DNA of 64,000 nt from Candidatus Binatia bacterium (GCA_963422385.1 OY729432.1:1237666-1301665), one strand, 5' to 3'; numbered from the stretch's first letter, positions 48,202 through 58,595 are shown. The notes: generated by a model from the letters alone, not told the origin. Program-made: numbers and translations.

Positions 48202-48472
48202 TTTTTTTCTTTTGCCCGCAAACAGGATGCCGGCTGATCAAGGGGCCCTGTACGCCGGCCAGCCTTGTATTCGCGGCCATGACCTTCTAATGTCACGGGA
48301 CTGGTGTTGTGTCTCACAAGCAGGGTTAAGAAGATGCTCGGGATTTTTTGTTGCCGGCAAGGCGACGAGCACTGGCCAGTACCACGGGCGGAGGAGCAAC
48401 GCAGCCGACGACAAAAAGACCGGCGGATTTGTAAACCTGCTTGTGAGACGCAACACCGGGATCGGTGAATTC

Positions 48473-51400
48473 ATGTACCTGGACCGACGACTGCTGACCC
48501 ACACCCGCGGGGTGCGCGTGCGCATTGCCGCGGCCGCCGTTCTCGGCCTGTGCGCGGTGGCCGCCGGCATCTCGCGCCTGGCGTTTTCCGGGCTGATCAT
48601 CGCCGGGGTCCTCACCGGCGCCGCTTTCTCGTCGCTTGTCCCCTACCTGGCGGCCGTCGCCGGCTTCATCGCGCTACGCGCGCTGTTCCAGTATCTGCGG
48701 GATATGGTGAGTCAGGAGACCGCCGCCCGGGTGAAGGAAGGGCTGCACGACAAGCTATACCGGCACGCCCTCGACCTGGGTCCCGGGCACTTCAACCAGG
48801 AGCGAACGGGTGACGTGCTGGTCTCGCTGGGCGAGGGGGTGGAGCGGCTCCAGGTCTTCTACGGCCAGTTCCTGCCGCAGATGGTGGTGGCCGGGGTGGC
48901 GCCGGTGCTGATCTTCTTCCTGATGGCGTCCTTCGACCTAGTCATCGGGCTCATCTTCGTGGTCTTCGCCCTGCTGACGCTGGCGGCGACGCCGCTGTTC
49001 CTGCTCTTCACCGAAGAGAGCAGCCGGCGCCGGCGCACCTCCTACGGCGCCTTCGGCGCCGATTTCCTCGACGGTATCCAGGGCATCGCCACCCTCAAGA
49101 TCTTCGGCCGGAGCCGCAGCCAGGGGGAGCGCCTCGCGGACCGGGCGCGCCATCTCTACCGCACCACCATGGGCGTCCTGGCGGTCAACATGGTCTCCGT
49201 CGGCGTCACTACCTTCGGCATCCTCGGCGGCACCGCCTGCGCCCTGGGCTGGGGCGCCCTCCAGGTCAGCGCCGGCGACCTGGAGGTGCGCTCGCTGATC
49301 GTGATCCTGATCATGGGCGCGGAGATCTTCCGTCCCATGCGGGAGCTGATGATCCTGTACCACCAGGGCATCAATGCCATGGCTGCGGCCGAGGGCATCT
49401 TCGAGCTGCTGGAGGCACCGGTGATGGTGCGGGAGCCGGCGGCGGCCGAGGCAGCGGCCGGGACCTCCTTCGAGCCCGCCGTCCGTTTCGAGGACGTGAG
49501 CTTCGCATACCAGGAGGGCAGCCGCCCGGCCCTCCGGGACGTTTTCCTCGAGCTTCGCGCGGGCGAGAAGCTCGGCGTCGTGGGCCCCAGCGGCGCCGGC
49601 AAGTCCACGCTGGTCTCGCTGATGCTGCGCTTCGCCGACCCCCGGCAGGGTCGCGTCTTGCTGGGCGGCCAGGACATCCGCGCCATCCCCCTGCACGTCC
49701 TGCGCCGGCACGTCGCCGTGGTGGCCCAGGACATGTACCTCTTCTACGGCACCATCGCCGACAACCTGCGCATGGCCAAACCCGAGGCCACCCCGGAGGA
49801 GATCGCGGCGGCGGCCCGGGCGGCCAACATCCACGAGTTCATCGCCGGGCTGCCCGAAGGGTACGACACCGTGGTGGGCGAGCGCGGCGTGCGCCTCTCG
49901 GGCGGCGAGCGCCAGCGCATCGCCATCGCCCGGGCCATTCTCAAGGACGCCCCGATCCTGGTGCTGGACGAGGCGCTGTCGAGCGTGGACGCCCGGAGCG
50001 AGGCGGTGATCAACCAGGCGCTGCGCAAGCTCATGGAGGGGCGCACCACCCTGATCATCGCGCACCGGCTGTCGAGCGTCATCCACGCGGACCGCATCCT
50101 GGTGCTGGAACGGGGTCAGGTGGTGGAAACCGGCGGCCACGGCGCGCTGCTGGAGAGCGGCGGCACCTACGCCCGGCTCATGGCCGCCCAGGCCCAGGCC
50201 GGCGACGCCGAGGCGATGGCGGAGCGCGCGGCCCCGGCCGCGGCGGCCGAGCCCGAGGAAGCCGCCGAGACGCCCGCCACGCGAACCGCACGCGCGCGGG
50301 CGCCACTGGCCGCCCTCACGGTGCTGCGGCGGCTGGCGGAACTGGTACGGCCCTTCCGCCGGAAGCTCGCGGTATCGTTCTCCGCCGGGGTGCTCTTTCA
50401 GGCTTCGGTGGTGGGCGTCGGCGCGGCCGGCGCGCTCCTGGTGAGCCAGTTGATACGCGGCGAAGACATCGCGTTCCACCTGCTCCTGCTGGGTTCCATG
50501 GTGGGGCTGGCTTCCGTGCTTTCCTGGGCCGATTGCTGGCTGCCCCACGACCTCGCCTACCAGCTCCTGGCGGAGATGCGCATCGACTTCTACGACACAC
50601 TGGACCCGCTGGCGCCGGCCTATCTGACCCGCCGCCGCTCCGGCGATCTCGTGAGCATCGCCGGCGCCGACGTGGAGACGGTGGAGCTCTTCTTCGCCCA
50701 TACCATCACCCCGGCCTTCATCGCCGTAGTGGTTCCCGCCGGGATCCTGACGGTGCTGGGCCTGGTGGGCTGGCCGCTGATGCTGGCCCTGGCCCCCTTT
50801 CTGGTGCTGCTGGCGCTGTCGCCGTTCCTGGCGCAGAAGCGTTCGGACCGGCTGGGCGGAGCGGTACGCCGGGAGCTTGGGCACCTGAACGCCCACCTGG
50901 TGGACAGCATCCAGGGCATGCGCGAGGTGGTCTCCTTCGGCCACGAGAAGCGCCAGGTCGCCGCGGTGTTGGCCAACAGCCTGCGGCTCGCCAAGGCCCA
51001 GCTCGCGTTCCACAAGGACCAAGCCTTTCAGGCCAGCTTCAACGAGGCAGTGACCGGCATCGGCGCCCTGGCGGTGCTGAGCACGGGGGTCTGGCTCGTG
51101 AGCCAGCTCGAGATGGACCGGGCGCTGCTGCCGCTGGCCAGCGTGCTGGCGCTCCTGGCCTTCGGGCCGGTGACCGACGTCGCCCGCACGGTCAAGGAGC
51201 TGATGGAGACGCTGGAGTCGGGCCGCCGGGTGTTCGCGGTCAAGGACGAGCCCGTGCCGGTGCGGGACGGCGCCGGGGTGCCGGCGCTCGTCGGCAACGG
51301 CCACACCCCGCCGGCCATCCGCTTCGACCACGTGAACTTCGGCTACGACGCCGGCAACGGCTTGGCGCTGCGGGACGTGTGCCTCGACGTGGAGCCGGGC

Positions 51401-52096
51401 CAGACCGTGGCGCTGGTGGGTCCCTCGGGCGCCGGCAAGACCACCTGCGCTCACTTGCTGCTGCGTTTCTGGGACCCCGCCAACGGCGCGGTAACGCTGG
51501 CCGGCCGGGACCTGCGGGAGTTCACCCTGGACCACCTCCGGGCCCAGGTCTCGCTGGTGTCCCAGGACACCTATCTGTTCAACACCACGCTGCGCGACAA
51601 CATCCGTCTGGGCCGGCCCGAGGCCTCCCGGGAGGAGGTGGAGGAAGCCGCCGGCCTGGCCCACATCCATCGTTTCATCAGCCGCCTGCCCTCGGGTTAC
51701 GACACGATGATCGGCGAGCGCGGCGTGCGGCTTTCCGGGGGCCAGCGGCAGCGCATCGCCATCGCCCGGGCGTTGCTCAAGGACGCCCCCGTGCTGATAC
51801 TCGACGAGGCCACCTCACATCTCGACGCCATCAACGAGGAGCTGATCCACCAGGCGGTGGACCGGCTGACGCAGGGCCGCACCACGTTGGTCATCGCCCA
51901 CCGGCTGTCCACCATCCGCGACGCGGACCGGATCGTCGTGCTGGATTCCGGCGACATCGCCGAGCAGGGAACCCACGACGACCTGCTCCGGGCCAACGGC
52001 CTCTATGCGGACCTGGTGATGACCCAGCTCGTCAGCGCCAACGCGCCGGCGCGGATGGCGGAGGACCAGGAGCCTGTCCGAGTGAGCGAATCGTAG
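48473..52096 (+). CDS. fused ABC exporter with two TMD-NBD halves (CydDC-like type I exporter)
   Basis: Two 6-TM domains each followed by an NBD (Walker A GPSGAGKST / GPSGAGKTT, signatures LSGGERQR / LSGGQRQR, Walker B ILVLDEA / LILDEAT). Start ATG 48473 is uncertain (weak SD); the 300-bp upstream region is AT-richer. Confidence 0.78.
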   Translation: MYLDRRLLTHTRGVRVRIAAAAVLGLCAVAAGISRLAFSGLIIAGVLTGAAFSSLVPYLAAVAGFIALRALFQYLRDMVSQETAARVKEGLHDKLYRHALDLGPGHFNQERTGDVLVSLGEGVERLQVFYGQFLPQMVVAGVAPVLIFFLMASFDLVIGLIFVVFALLTLAATPLFLLFTEESSRRRRTSYGAFGADFLDGIQGIATLKIFGRSRSQGERLADRARHLYRTTMGVLAVNMVSVGVTTFGILGGTACALGWGALQVSAGDLEVRSLIVILIMGAEIFRPMRELMILYHQGINAMAAAEGIFELLEAPVMVREPAAAEAAAGTSFEPAVRFEDVSFAYQEGSRPALRDVFLELRAGEKLGVVGPSGAGKSTLVSLMLRFADPRQGRVLLGGQDIRAIPLHVLRRHVAVVAQDMYLFYGTIADNLRMAKPEATPEEIAAAARAANIHEFIAGLPEGYDTVVGERGVRLSGGERQRIAIARAILKDAPILVLDEALSSVDARSEAVINQALRKLMEGRTTLIIAHRLSSVIHADRILVLERGQVVETGGHGALLESGGTYARLMAAQAQAGDAEAMAERAAPAAAAEPEEAAETPATRTARARAPLAALTVLRRLAELVRPFRRKLAVSFSAGVLFQASVVGVGAAGALLVSQLIRGEDIAFHLLLLGSMVGLASVLSWADCWLPHDLAYQLLAEMRIDFYDTLDPLAPAYLTRRRSGDLVSIAGADVETVELFFAHTITPAFIAVVVPAGILTVLGLVGWPLMLALAPFLVLLALSPFLAQKRSDRLGGAVRRELGHLNAHLVDSIQGMREVVSFGHEKRQVAAVLANSLRLAKAQLAFHKDQAFQASFNEAVTGIGALAVLSTGVWLVSQLEMDRALLPLASVLALLAFGPVTDVARTVKELMETLESGRRVFAVKDEPVPVRDGAGVPALVGNGHTPPAIRFDHVNFGYDAGNGLALRDVCLDVEPGQTVALVGPSGAGKTTCAHLLLRFWDPANGAVTLAGRDLREFTLDHLRAQVSLVSQDTYLFNTTLRDNIRLGRPEASREEVEEAAGLAHIHRFISRLPSGYDTMIGERGVRLSGGQRQRIAIARALLKDAPVLILDEATSHLDAINEELIHQAVDRLTQGRTTLVIAHRLSTIRDADRIVVLDSGDIAEQGTHDDLLRANGLYADLVMTQLVSANAPARMAEDQEPVRVSES

Positions 52097-52121
52097 CGAG
52101 AGGCATGGAAATGGAGGCCAT

Positions 52122-53132
52122 TTGCGGACGGTTTCAAGGAGAATACAGGAGGGGCGGAGTGTCGCGGGCATGGCCCTGGCGCTGCTGCTCGGACTGATAC
52201 TGGCGCTTCCAGCCCGGCTCTCGGCGGCGCCCCTGCGGGTGGTCGCCACCGTGGCGCCGATCACCAGTATCGTGGAGAACGTCGCCGGGGATCGAGCGCA
52301 GGTGACCGGCATCGTCCCGGAAGGGGTAAACTCCCACACTTTCCGGCCGGTTCCGTCGGACGCCAGGACCATGGCGAGGGCGGATCTCATCATCCTGAAC
52401 GGCCTTGATCTGGAGATCCCCACCCTCAAGCTCGCCCGCGCCAACAAGCGGCCGGATACGCCGATCCTGCTGCTGGCCGACCTCACCGTCACCGAGCGGG
52501 ACTACGTCTTCGACTTCAGCTTTCCCCGGGACCGGGGGCATCCCAACCCGCACCTGTGGCCCGATCCGGTGCACGTGATGAACTACGCGCGTCTCGTGCG
52601 CGACGCCTTGGCCGGGGCGGACCCCGAGGGGCGGACGGTGTATCAGGCCAACACCCAGCGCTACTTGGCGAAGCTCAGGGCGCTGGACGGGGCCATTGCC
52701 GCGGCCGTGGCTACCGTGCCGCCGGGGAACCGACGGCTCCTCACCTATCACGACTCGTGGCCCTATTTCGCCAAACGCTACGGCTTCAGCGTCATCGGCG
52801 CGGTGCAGCCCTCCAGCTTCTCCGAACCGAGCCCGCGGGAAGTGGCCCGGCTCATCGATCAATTGAACCGGGCACGGGTGCCGGCGGTATTCGGCTCCGA
52901 GGTGTTTCCCAGCCCGGTCCTTCAACAGATCGCCCGGGAAGCGACGACGACATTCGTCGAGAGCCTTAGAGACGATGACCTCCCCGGGGAGTCCGGCGAC
53001 CCGATCCATTCCTACACCGGCATGATGCTCATGAACATCCGGACCATCGTCTCGGCATTGGGCGGCTCGCCCGACGCCCTGAAGACCGTGGACCCGGCGC
53101 CGGTGGCCGGCCATCACGCGCGCTACCGGTAG
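52122..53132 (+). CDS. metal ABC transporter substrate-binding protein (TroA/ZnuA/MntC family, no His-rich loop)
   Basis: Signal peptide ...MALALLLGLILALPARLSAAPL; cluster-9 SBP pattern. TTG 52122 with GGAGG 4 nt upstream; ATG 52170 is an alternative. Confidence 0.75.
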   Translation: MRTVSRRIQEGRSVAGMALALLLGLILALPARLSAAPLRVVATVAPITSIVENVAGDRAQVTGIVPEGVNSHTFRPVPSDARTMARADLIILNGLDLEIPTLKLARANKRPDTPILLLADLTVTERDYVFDFSFPRDRGHPNPHLWPDPVHVMNYARLVRDALAGADPEGRTVYQANTQRYLAKLRALDGAIAAAVATVPPGNRRLLTYHDSWPYFAKRYGFSVIGAVQPSSFSEPSPREVARLIDQLNRARVPAVFGSEVFPSPVLQQIAREATTTFVESLRDDDLPGESGDPIHSYTGMMLMNIRTIVSALGGSPDALKTVDPAPVAGHHARYR

Positions 53133-53228
53133 GCACATCGAAGGCCGCCGGTCCGGCACGAAAATGGTACTGCCCGTCGAATAGTGGTACTGTTCTTCGC
53201 ATTCGCAGCAGAGGAAAGGACGGTACCG

Positions 53229-54260
53229 ATGATCAACGTGGACTACCCCATTATCGACGGCGACGGCCACGTGGTGGAGCCCGACAAGGAGATGGCCCGG
53301 TACCTGCCGGAACGGTTCCGGCGCATTCCGGGCAACCGCGAGTACTCCCTGTTTCCCCAGGATTCCTGGGCCTTTGGTGTCGTCGATCCGCACAAGCAGG
53401 ACGTCCCGGACGCGGCCATGTGGCTGAGCTTTCTGGACGAGGCCGGCATCAGCGCCACCGTGCTGTATCCCAGCAACGCCGCGGCCGTGGGCATGGTGCG
53501 CCGGGTGGAGTGGTCGGTGGACCTGGCGCGGGCATACAACGACTGGCTTCACGACAAGTTCCTGCGCCAGAGTGAGCGGCTCCTCGGGGTGGCCCTGCTG
53601 CCGGTGCACGACGTCGCCGCGTGCGTCACGGAACTGCGCCGATGCGTGGGCGAGCTCGGCTTCGTGGGCGCGGTCCTGCCGTCCATCTCCTCGCCCCTGA
53701 TGGCCTACGGCAACCCGGAGTTCGACCCCATCCATGCCACCGCCCACGAGCTCGACACCATGATCGCCGTCCACGGCGGCTTCGTGGGGGCCCACAACTT
53801 CGCCGATCCGCTGCGCACCTATCGGGAGGTCCGGGCGCTCAAGCACGTGATCCCGCTCATGAGCCATGCCACCAGCATGATCTCCCAAGGAGTGTTCGAC
53901 CGCTACCCGAACCTTCGGGTGGCCTATCTGGAGGCGGGCTGCGGCTGGGTGCCGTACCTGATGGACGTGCTCGACGAACAGTTCGAGCGCAAGGGCGCCG
54001 GCGACCTCAAGCGCAAGCCCAGCGAGTACCTGATGGACCCCAACGTCTACTTCTCCTTCGAGATCGAGGAGAGGACCCTGCCCTTCTTCATCCAGCTCGT
54101 GGGAGACGAAAAGCTCGTCTGGCCGTCAGACTATCCGCACGAGCGGGCGCGGGCGGAGTTCTTCGGGGATCTGCCGGAATTCTTCGCGCGGGAGGATGTC
54201 TCGGCCGACTCCAAGCGCCGTATCCTGTCGGAGAATCCCAAGCGATTGTACAAGATCTAG
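53229..54260 (+). CDS. amidohydrolase-2 family metal-dependent hydrolase (ACMSD-like) within the transporter operon
   Basis: MINVDYPIIDGDGHVVEP... N-terminal HxH-like metal site (D-x-H), ...AYLEAGCGWVPY..., C-terminal D...H pattern of amidohydrolase_2. AGGAAAGGA upstream of ATG 53229. Confidence 0.75.
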   Translation: MINVDYPIIDGDGHVVEPDKEMARYLPERFRRIPGNREYSLFPQDSWAFGVVDPHKQDVPDAAMWLSFLDEAGISATVLYPSNAAAVGMVRRVEWSVDLARAYNDWLHDKFLRQSERLLGVALLPVHDVAACVTELRRCVGELGFVGAVLPSISSPLMAYGNPEFDPIHATAHELDTMIAVHGGFVGAHNFADPLRTYREVRALKHVIPLMSHATSMISQGVFDRYPNLRVAYLEAGCGWVPYLMDVLDEQFERKGAGDLKRKPSEYLMDPNVYFSFEIEERTLPFFIQLVGDEKLVWPSDYPHERARAEFFGDLPEFFAREDVSADSKRRILSENPKRLYKI

Positions 54261-54369
54261 TGTGGTGTCCTCCGAAAAGCATACCGACAGGGTCCACCAC
54301 GTACACGGCAGGCTTCACGGGCACCGGCATGCCGAAGGCCGCGAGTGGAGCGAGCAGGGGAGCCCCATC

Positions 54370-55122
54370 GTGGAGCTCACCGACGTGTCCGGCGGCTACC
54401 GGCAGACCCTCGGCATCGCCCACGTCAACCTGAAGCTCTGGCCGGCGCAGTTCCTCGCGGTGGTGGGGCCCAACGGCGGCGGCAAGACCACGCTGCTCCG
54501 CACCATCCTGGGGCACATCCGACCCAGGGAAGGCCGGGTGACGGTCCACGGCCCGTCCCTCGGAGCGGTGGGCTACGTGCCGCAACTGGAGCAGATCGAC
54601 CTGAGCTTTCCCATCACGGTGGAGGAGGTGGTGCTGCTGGGGTTGTCCCGGCGCCGGCAATGGTTTCGCCGCACCAGCGCGGAAGACCGCGACCGCGCGT
54701 ACGAAATCATGCAACGGCTCAACCTGCTGGATCTGCGGGACCGCCAGATCCGGGAACTTTCCGGTGGTCAACAACAAGCCGTGTTCATTGCCCGCGCCTT
54801 GCTGGGGGAGCCGGAGCTGATCCTGCTCGACGAGCCCACCTCCGGCCTGGATATCCGCTCCCGCGACGAGGTGATCCATTTCCTCCACGAGATCAACCAC
54901 TCGGGCGTCGCCATCCTCATCACCAGCCACGACCTCAACTGGGTGGCCGCGCACCTGCCGTGGGTGGTGTGTCTGAACCGCCACGTCATCGCCGAAGGCG
55001 GTCCCCAGGAGGTCTTCAACACCCAGGTACTGGGGGAGACCTACAAGGGGGAGATGGTGGTCTTCCAGCATGGCGACATGATCATGGTGGGAGAACGGCC
55101 CCACTCCCCCAACGGGCGCTGA
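54370..55122 (+). CDS. metal ABC transporter ATP-binding protein
   Basis: GTG 54370 with GGGGAG 7 nt upstream; Walker A GPNGGGKTTL, signature LSGGQQQ, Walker B LILLDEP. Confidence 0.8.
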   Translation: MELTDVSGGYRQTLGIAHVNLKLWPAQFLAVVGPNGGGKTTLLRTILGHIRPREGRVTVHGPSLGAVGYVPQLEQIDLSFPITVEEVVLLGLSRRRQWFRRTSAEDRDRAYEIMQRLNLLDLRDRQIRELSGGQQQAVFIARALLGEPELILLDEPTSGLDIRSRDEVIHFLHEINHSGVAILITSHDLNWVAAHLPWVVCLNRHVIAEGGPQEVFNTQVLGETYKGEMVVFQHGDMIMVGERPHSPNGR

Positions 55123-55958
55123 TGCTGGAGCCGTTCGCGTACGAGTTCTTCCGCAACGGCATGATCGCCGCGATCATCGTGGGGGCGGTGTGCGGCTTCG
55201 TCGGCGTGTATGTCGTGCTTCGGCGCATGAGCTATATCGGCCACGGGCTGGCCCACGCGCTCTTCGGCGGGGCGGTCCTGAGCAACATCGTCGGCGTCAA
55301 CTTCTTCATCGGCGCCGGCGCCTGGGCGCTGGTCAGCGCGGTGCTGATCCACCTCATCAGCCACCGCCGGCTGGTGGGGGCCGATGCCGCCATCGGGGTG
55401 GAGACCACGTCGAGCTTTGCCCTGGGGGTGGCCGTGGTCTCCACCTACCGGAAATTCACCCTTGACTTCGAGGCCGCGCTCTTCGGCAACCTGCTGGGCA
55501 TCACGCCGCTGGATCTCTGGGTCATCGCGCTGACTTCCGCCGCGGTGGTGTTCGTCATGATCGTCATCCGCCACCAGCTCCTGTTCTCGACCTTCGACCC
55601 CGAGGTGGCGCCGGTCTACGGCATCTCCACCAACCGCACCGAGCTCATCTTCATCCTGCTCCTGGCCGTCGCCATCGTGGCCTCGACGCGCATCCTCGGC
55701 GTCACCCTGGTGTCCGCGGCCGTGGTCATCCCCCCCGTCATCGCCCGTTACCTGACCCAGCGGTTCCAGACCCTCCTGATCGTGGCGCCGGTGGTCGGCG
55801 CCGTGTGCGCGGCATCGGGTATGTACCTCAGCTATTTCATCGATATCTCCTCGGGCGCCATGATCGTCCTCACCTTCGCGCTGGTCTTTTTCTTCGTGGG
55901 TGGCCGCCGGTGGCTACGCGGTAGCCGCCAGGAGCCCGTCCGAGCAAGCGAATGGTAA
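55122..55958 (+). CDS. ABC-3 family metal ABC transporter permease
   Basis: ATG overlaps the preceding stop (TGATG); 278 aa, ABC-3 TM pattern (...YIGHGLAHALFGG...). Confidence 0.82.
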   Translation: MLEPFAYEFFRNGMIAAIIVGAVCGFVGVYVVLRRMSYIGHGLAHALFGGAVLSNIVGVNFFIGAGAWALVSAVLIHLISHRRLVGADAAIGVETTSSFALGVAVVSTYRKFTLDFEAALFGNLLGITPLDLWVIALTSAAVVFVMIVIRHQLLFSTFDPEVAPVYGISTNRTELIFILLLAVAIVASTRILGVTLVSAAVVIPPVIARYLTQRFQTLLIVAPVVGAVCAASGMYLSYFIDISSGAMIVLTFALVFFFVGGRRWLRGSRQEPVRASEW

Positions 55959-56093
55959 TTTGACGAAAATCCAACCACACATGGACCCATTTCCCTGCCT
56001 CGCAGTAGATTCCTGCTTTACCCGGACAGGCCCCCGGAAGCCTGTCCGGTTGCAGGGCAATGCACTTGGCGTACGTTCATGCTTTAATGGGGA

Positions 56094-56909
56094 GTGTCCC
56101 GCGGCCGGCCGATCATGAACCCCTTGAACGACAAGAAACGTCTTTGCGCACGGTCGGCCTGGTTGGCCGCGGCCGTGATTGCCGTTGTGCTTTGGGCCGG
56201 TTTCGCCCGGGCAGGCACCGAGGAAGCGGACGCCGAGTATCTCAGCGTCATACAGTGCTTCTGCTTTCTGCGGGAAACCCTGAAACCCGGCCAGGAAAAG
56301 GAACTGCCCCTGGTGTTTCGGATGAATTGGGACGTGCCCCGCGAAAACAAGGCGTTCCATGTCACCTATCAGCTCTATCCGAGCGACCGGTTTCCCGACG
56401 GCGCCCACGAGGCCCGGGCTCGACAGGAAGGGACCCTGGAGGTCCGGGTCAAGGACCACCGGAACGCCATCGACGACTTCCGAAGCCTCGACCTGAGCCT
56501 CGGAAAATTGCGGCTGGCGCCGAACCGGCGCCTGAGTTCCTCCGATCCAGGGTGGCTGGATCTGACGCCGCAACTCGACCGGATGGACCTGACCCGGTAC
56601 AAGGACGGAACCTCGGCCGCGACGGTGTACCGGGGCGAGCTCCGGCCGCAACGGTTCGCGGCCGTCGACCTGCAAGTCACCGGAATCCAGGGAATTCTCC
56701 GGAAGACCGGGGCTCCGGTCCGGGTCAGGAACGCCGTGGGCCCCATCCGCCTCGACTTCGAGCTCAAGCCGGCCGTGGCCACCGTGGTGATCCTGGATCT
56801 CGAGCTGCTCGACCTGAGCGATCATCCCGGCAGGGGTTACGAGTTGCTGATCAAAGGGTACGAGCTCTACCAGGATGACAAACTGCTGCAGCGGATTCCG
56901 CCCGGATAG
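56094..56909 (+). CDS. hypothetical exported protein
   Basis: Signal-peptide-like N-terminus (…LAAAVIAVVLWAGFARA). No recognisable domain; start could be 56094 or 56115. Confidence 0.5.
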   Translation: MSRGRPIMNPLNDKKRLCARSAWLAAAVIAVVLWAGFARAGTEEADAEYLSVIQCFCFLRETLKPGQEKELPLVFRMNWDVPRENKAFHVTYQLYPSDRFPDGAHEARARQEGTLEVRVKDHRNAIDDFRSLDLSLGKLRLAPNRRLSSSDPGWLDLTPQLDRMDLTRYKDGTSAATVYRGELRPQRFAAVDLQVTGIQGILRKTGAPVRVRNAVGPIRLDFELKPAVATVVILDLELLDLSDHPGRGYELLIKGYELYQDDKLLQRIPPG

Positions 56910-56942
56910 CGGCCTGTCTCGGAGCGGCGCGGGGTCCGGAAC

Positions 56943-57581
56943 ATGACGCAACGGCGTTTCCTGATCCACGTCACCGTGGGGACGGTGCTGTTCGCCGTCC
57001 TCGTGGGCCTGGTCATCCAGCAGCTTCGAACGCCCGCGGCCCCGCCCCGCCAGCCCGCCCTGGAGCGACTGGCGCGGTACGGTCCGGCGCCGGACTTCTC
57101 ACTGGTCGAACGTAGCGGCAGGCCCTTGTCCGCCGGCGACCTCCGGGGCCACGTGTGGATCGCCGACTTCATCTACACCAAGTGCCAGGACACCTGTCCG
57201 CTCCAGAGCCGCGCCATGGCCGCGCTGCAAGCGGACCTGAAAGCCTACGGCGACCTCCGGTCGGTGTCCATCACCGTGGACCCGCTCACGGACTCCGCCG
57301 CCCTGCTGTCCCGATACGCGGACCGCTACGGCGCCGACCCCGAGCGCTGGCTGTTCCTCACCGGCGAGTTGCGGGATATCCGCCGGATCGTGCAGGAAGG
57401 CTTTCGCCTGAGCGCCGCCCCGGTTGACGACAATGCCCCGGATCCCGTGGTCTTCCACAGCGCTCGCTTCGTGCTGGTGGATCGTAACGGCGAGATCCGC
57501 GGCTACTACGACAGCAATGACCCACGGGCATTGAAACGCCTGCGCGAGAATGCCCGGAGCCTCCTGGACGGCAAGGCGTAG
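56943..57581 (+). CDS. SCO1/SenC-family copper chaperone (second copy)
   Basis: N-terminal TM helix, CQDTCP motif, thioredoxin-like fold residues. Confidence 0.8.
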   Translation: MTQRRFLIHVTVGTVLFAVLVGLVIQQLRTPAAPPRQPALERLARYGPAPDFSLVERSGRPLSAGDLRGHVWIADFIYTKCQDTCPLQSRAMAALQADLKAYGDLRSVSITVDPLTDSAALLSRYADRYGADPERWLFLTGELRDIRRIVQEGFRLSAAPVDDNAPDPVVFHSARFVLVDRNGEIRGYYDSNDPRALKRLRENARSLLDGKA

Positions 57582-57698
57582 GCCACCCGCTGCCACGAAG
57601 CGCCGTTTCTTGTCCTGGAAGCGCCGGGTCTGTTAGACTCCACTTGAGCGTCACGGACGGACTGCCACCGAGGGCCGGCCGTAATCGGGGGGAAATTC

Positions 57699-58595
57699 AT
57701 GGGCAAAGCATCCAGGAAAAAGGGGGGCCGGGGACCCCGGCAACAGGCGCCGGCGACCCCGCCGCCAAGCCCCGACTGGCCGGTTCTGGCCTTGGCGGTG
57801 GTGGGGCTGGTGCTGGCGGGATATTTGACCGGCACCACCTGGTCGGGGGAGAAGGCCGCCTTTTGCGAGGCCGGGGCCGACTGCGACATCGTGTTGCACA
57901 GTCGCTGGTCCACGCTCCTCGGCCTGCCCACCTCGCTCTGGGGATTCCTCGTCTACACGGTGCTGGCGGGCGCTGCTTTCATCAAGCGCCGGAGCCAGCG
58001 CTGGAAGGTCACGGCCGCGGTGTCGCTGTTCGGCGTCGCCTACAGCCTTTATCTCACGGCCATTTCCGTGTTCCGGCTCGAGGCCGCCTGCCCGTACTGC
58101 CTGACGTCCCTGGGGCTGCTTGCGGCCATCCTCGGCGTCACCCTGTTCCAGATACCGCAGGCGAGCCGGCGCGTGGCATGGAGACCCTGGCTCGTCTCGA
58201 GCTTCATGGCCGCCGCGGTGGCGGTGCTGGCGGTTCATCTGATCTTCTATTCCGGCGGCACCGTGGTTGCGGCGGGCAAGGAGGACCCCTGGATGAAGGG
58301 GTTGGCCACCCACCTGGAGGAGAGCGGCGCCAAGATGTACGGGGCGTTCTGGTGTCCCGCCTGCGAGAGTCAGAAGGAGATGTTCGGGGCGTCCGCCCAC
58401 CGCATCCCGTACATCGAATGCAGCCCCGCCGGACGCAACGGTCCAACGTTGTCCAAGTGTCTGGCGGCCGGCGTCCGTTCGTATCCCACGTGGATCATCA
58501 AGGGCCAGCGTCACACCGGAGTGTTGTCGCCCGGGGCGCTGGCGGACCGCGCCGGCTTCGCCGGCATCAGGACCCCGGAAAGGCAGGGAGGCTGA
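57699..58595 (+). CDS. vitamin K epoxide reductase (VKOR)-family protein fused to a thioredoxin-like domain
   Basis: Multi-TM VKOR core with CPYC, then C-terminal Trx-like domain with CPAC. Confidence 0.78.
   Translation: MGKASRKKGGRGPRQQAPATPPPSPDWPVLALAVVGLVLAGYLTGTTWSGEKAAFCEAGADCDIVLHSRWSTLLGLPTSLWGFLVYTVLAGAAFIKRRSQRWKVTAAVSLFGVAYSLYLTAISVFRLEAACPYCLTSLGLLAAILGVTLFQIPQASRRVAWRPWLVSSFMAAAVAVLAVHLIFYSGGTVVAAGKEDPWMKGLATHLEESGAKMYGAFWCPACESQKEMFGASAHRIPYIECSPAGRNGPTLSKCLAAGVRSYPTWIIKGQRHTGVLSPGALADRAGFAGIRTPERQGG

Noticed and set aside
50533-53888. Alternative-frame ORFs inside the fused ABC exporter and antisense to the SBP (554 aa on plus, 584 aa on minus)
   Set aside because: Low-complexity Arg/Gly/Pro-rich; the annotated frames carry Walker and signature motifs.
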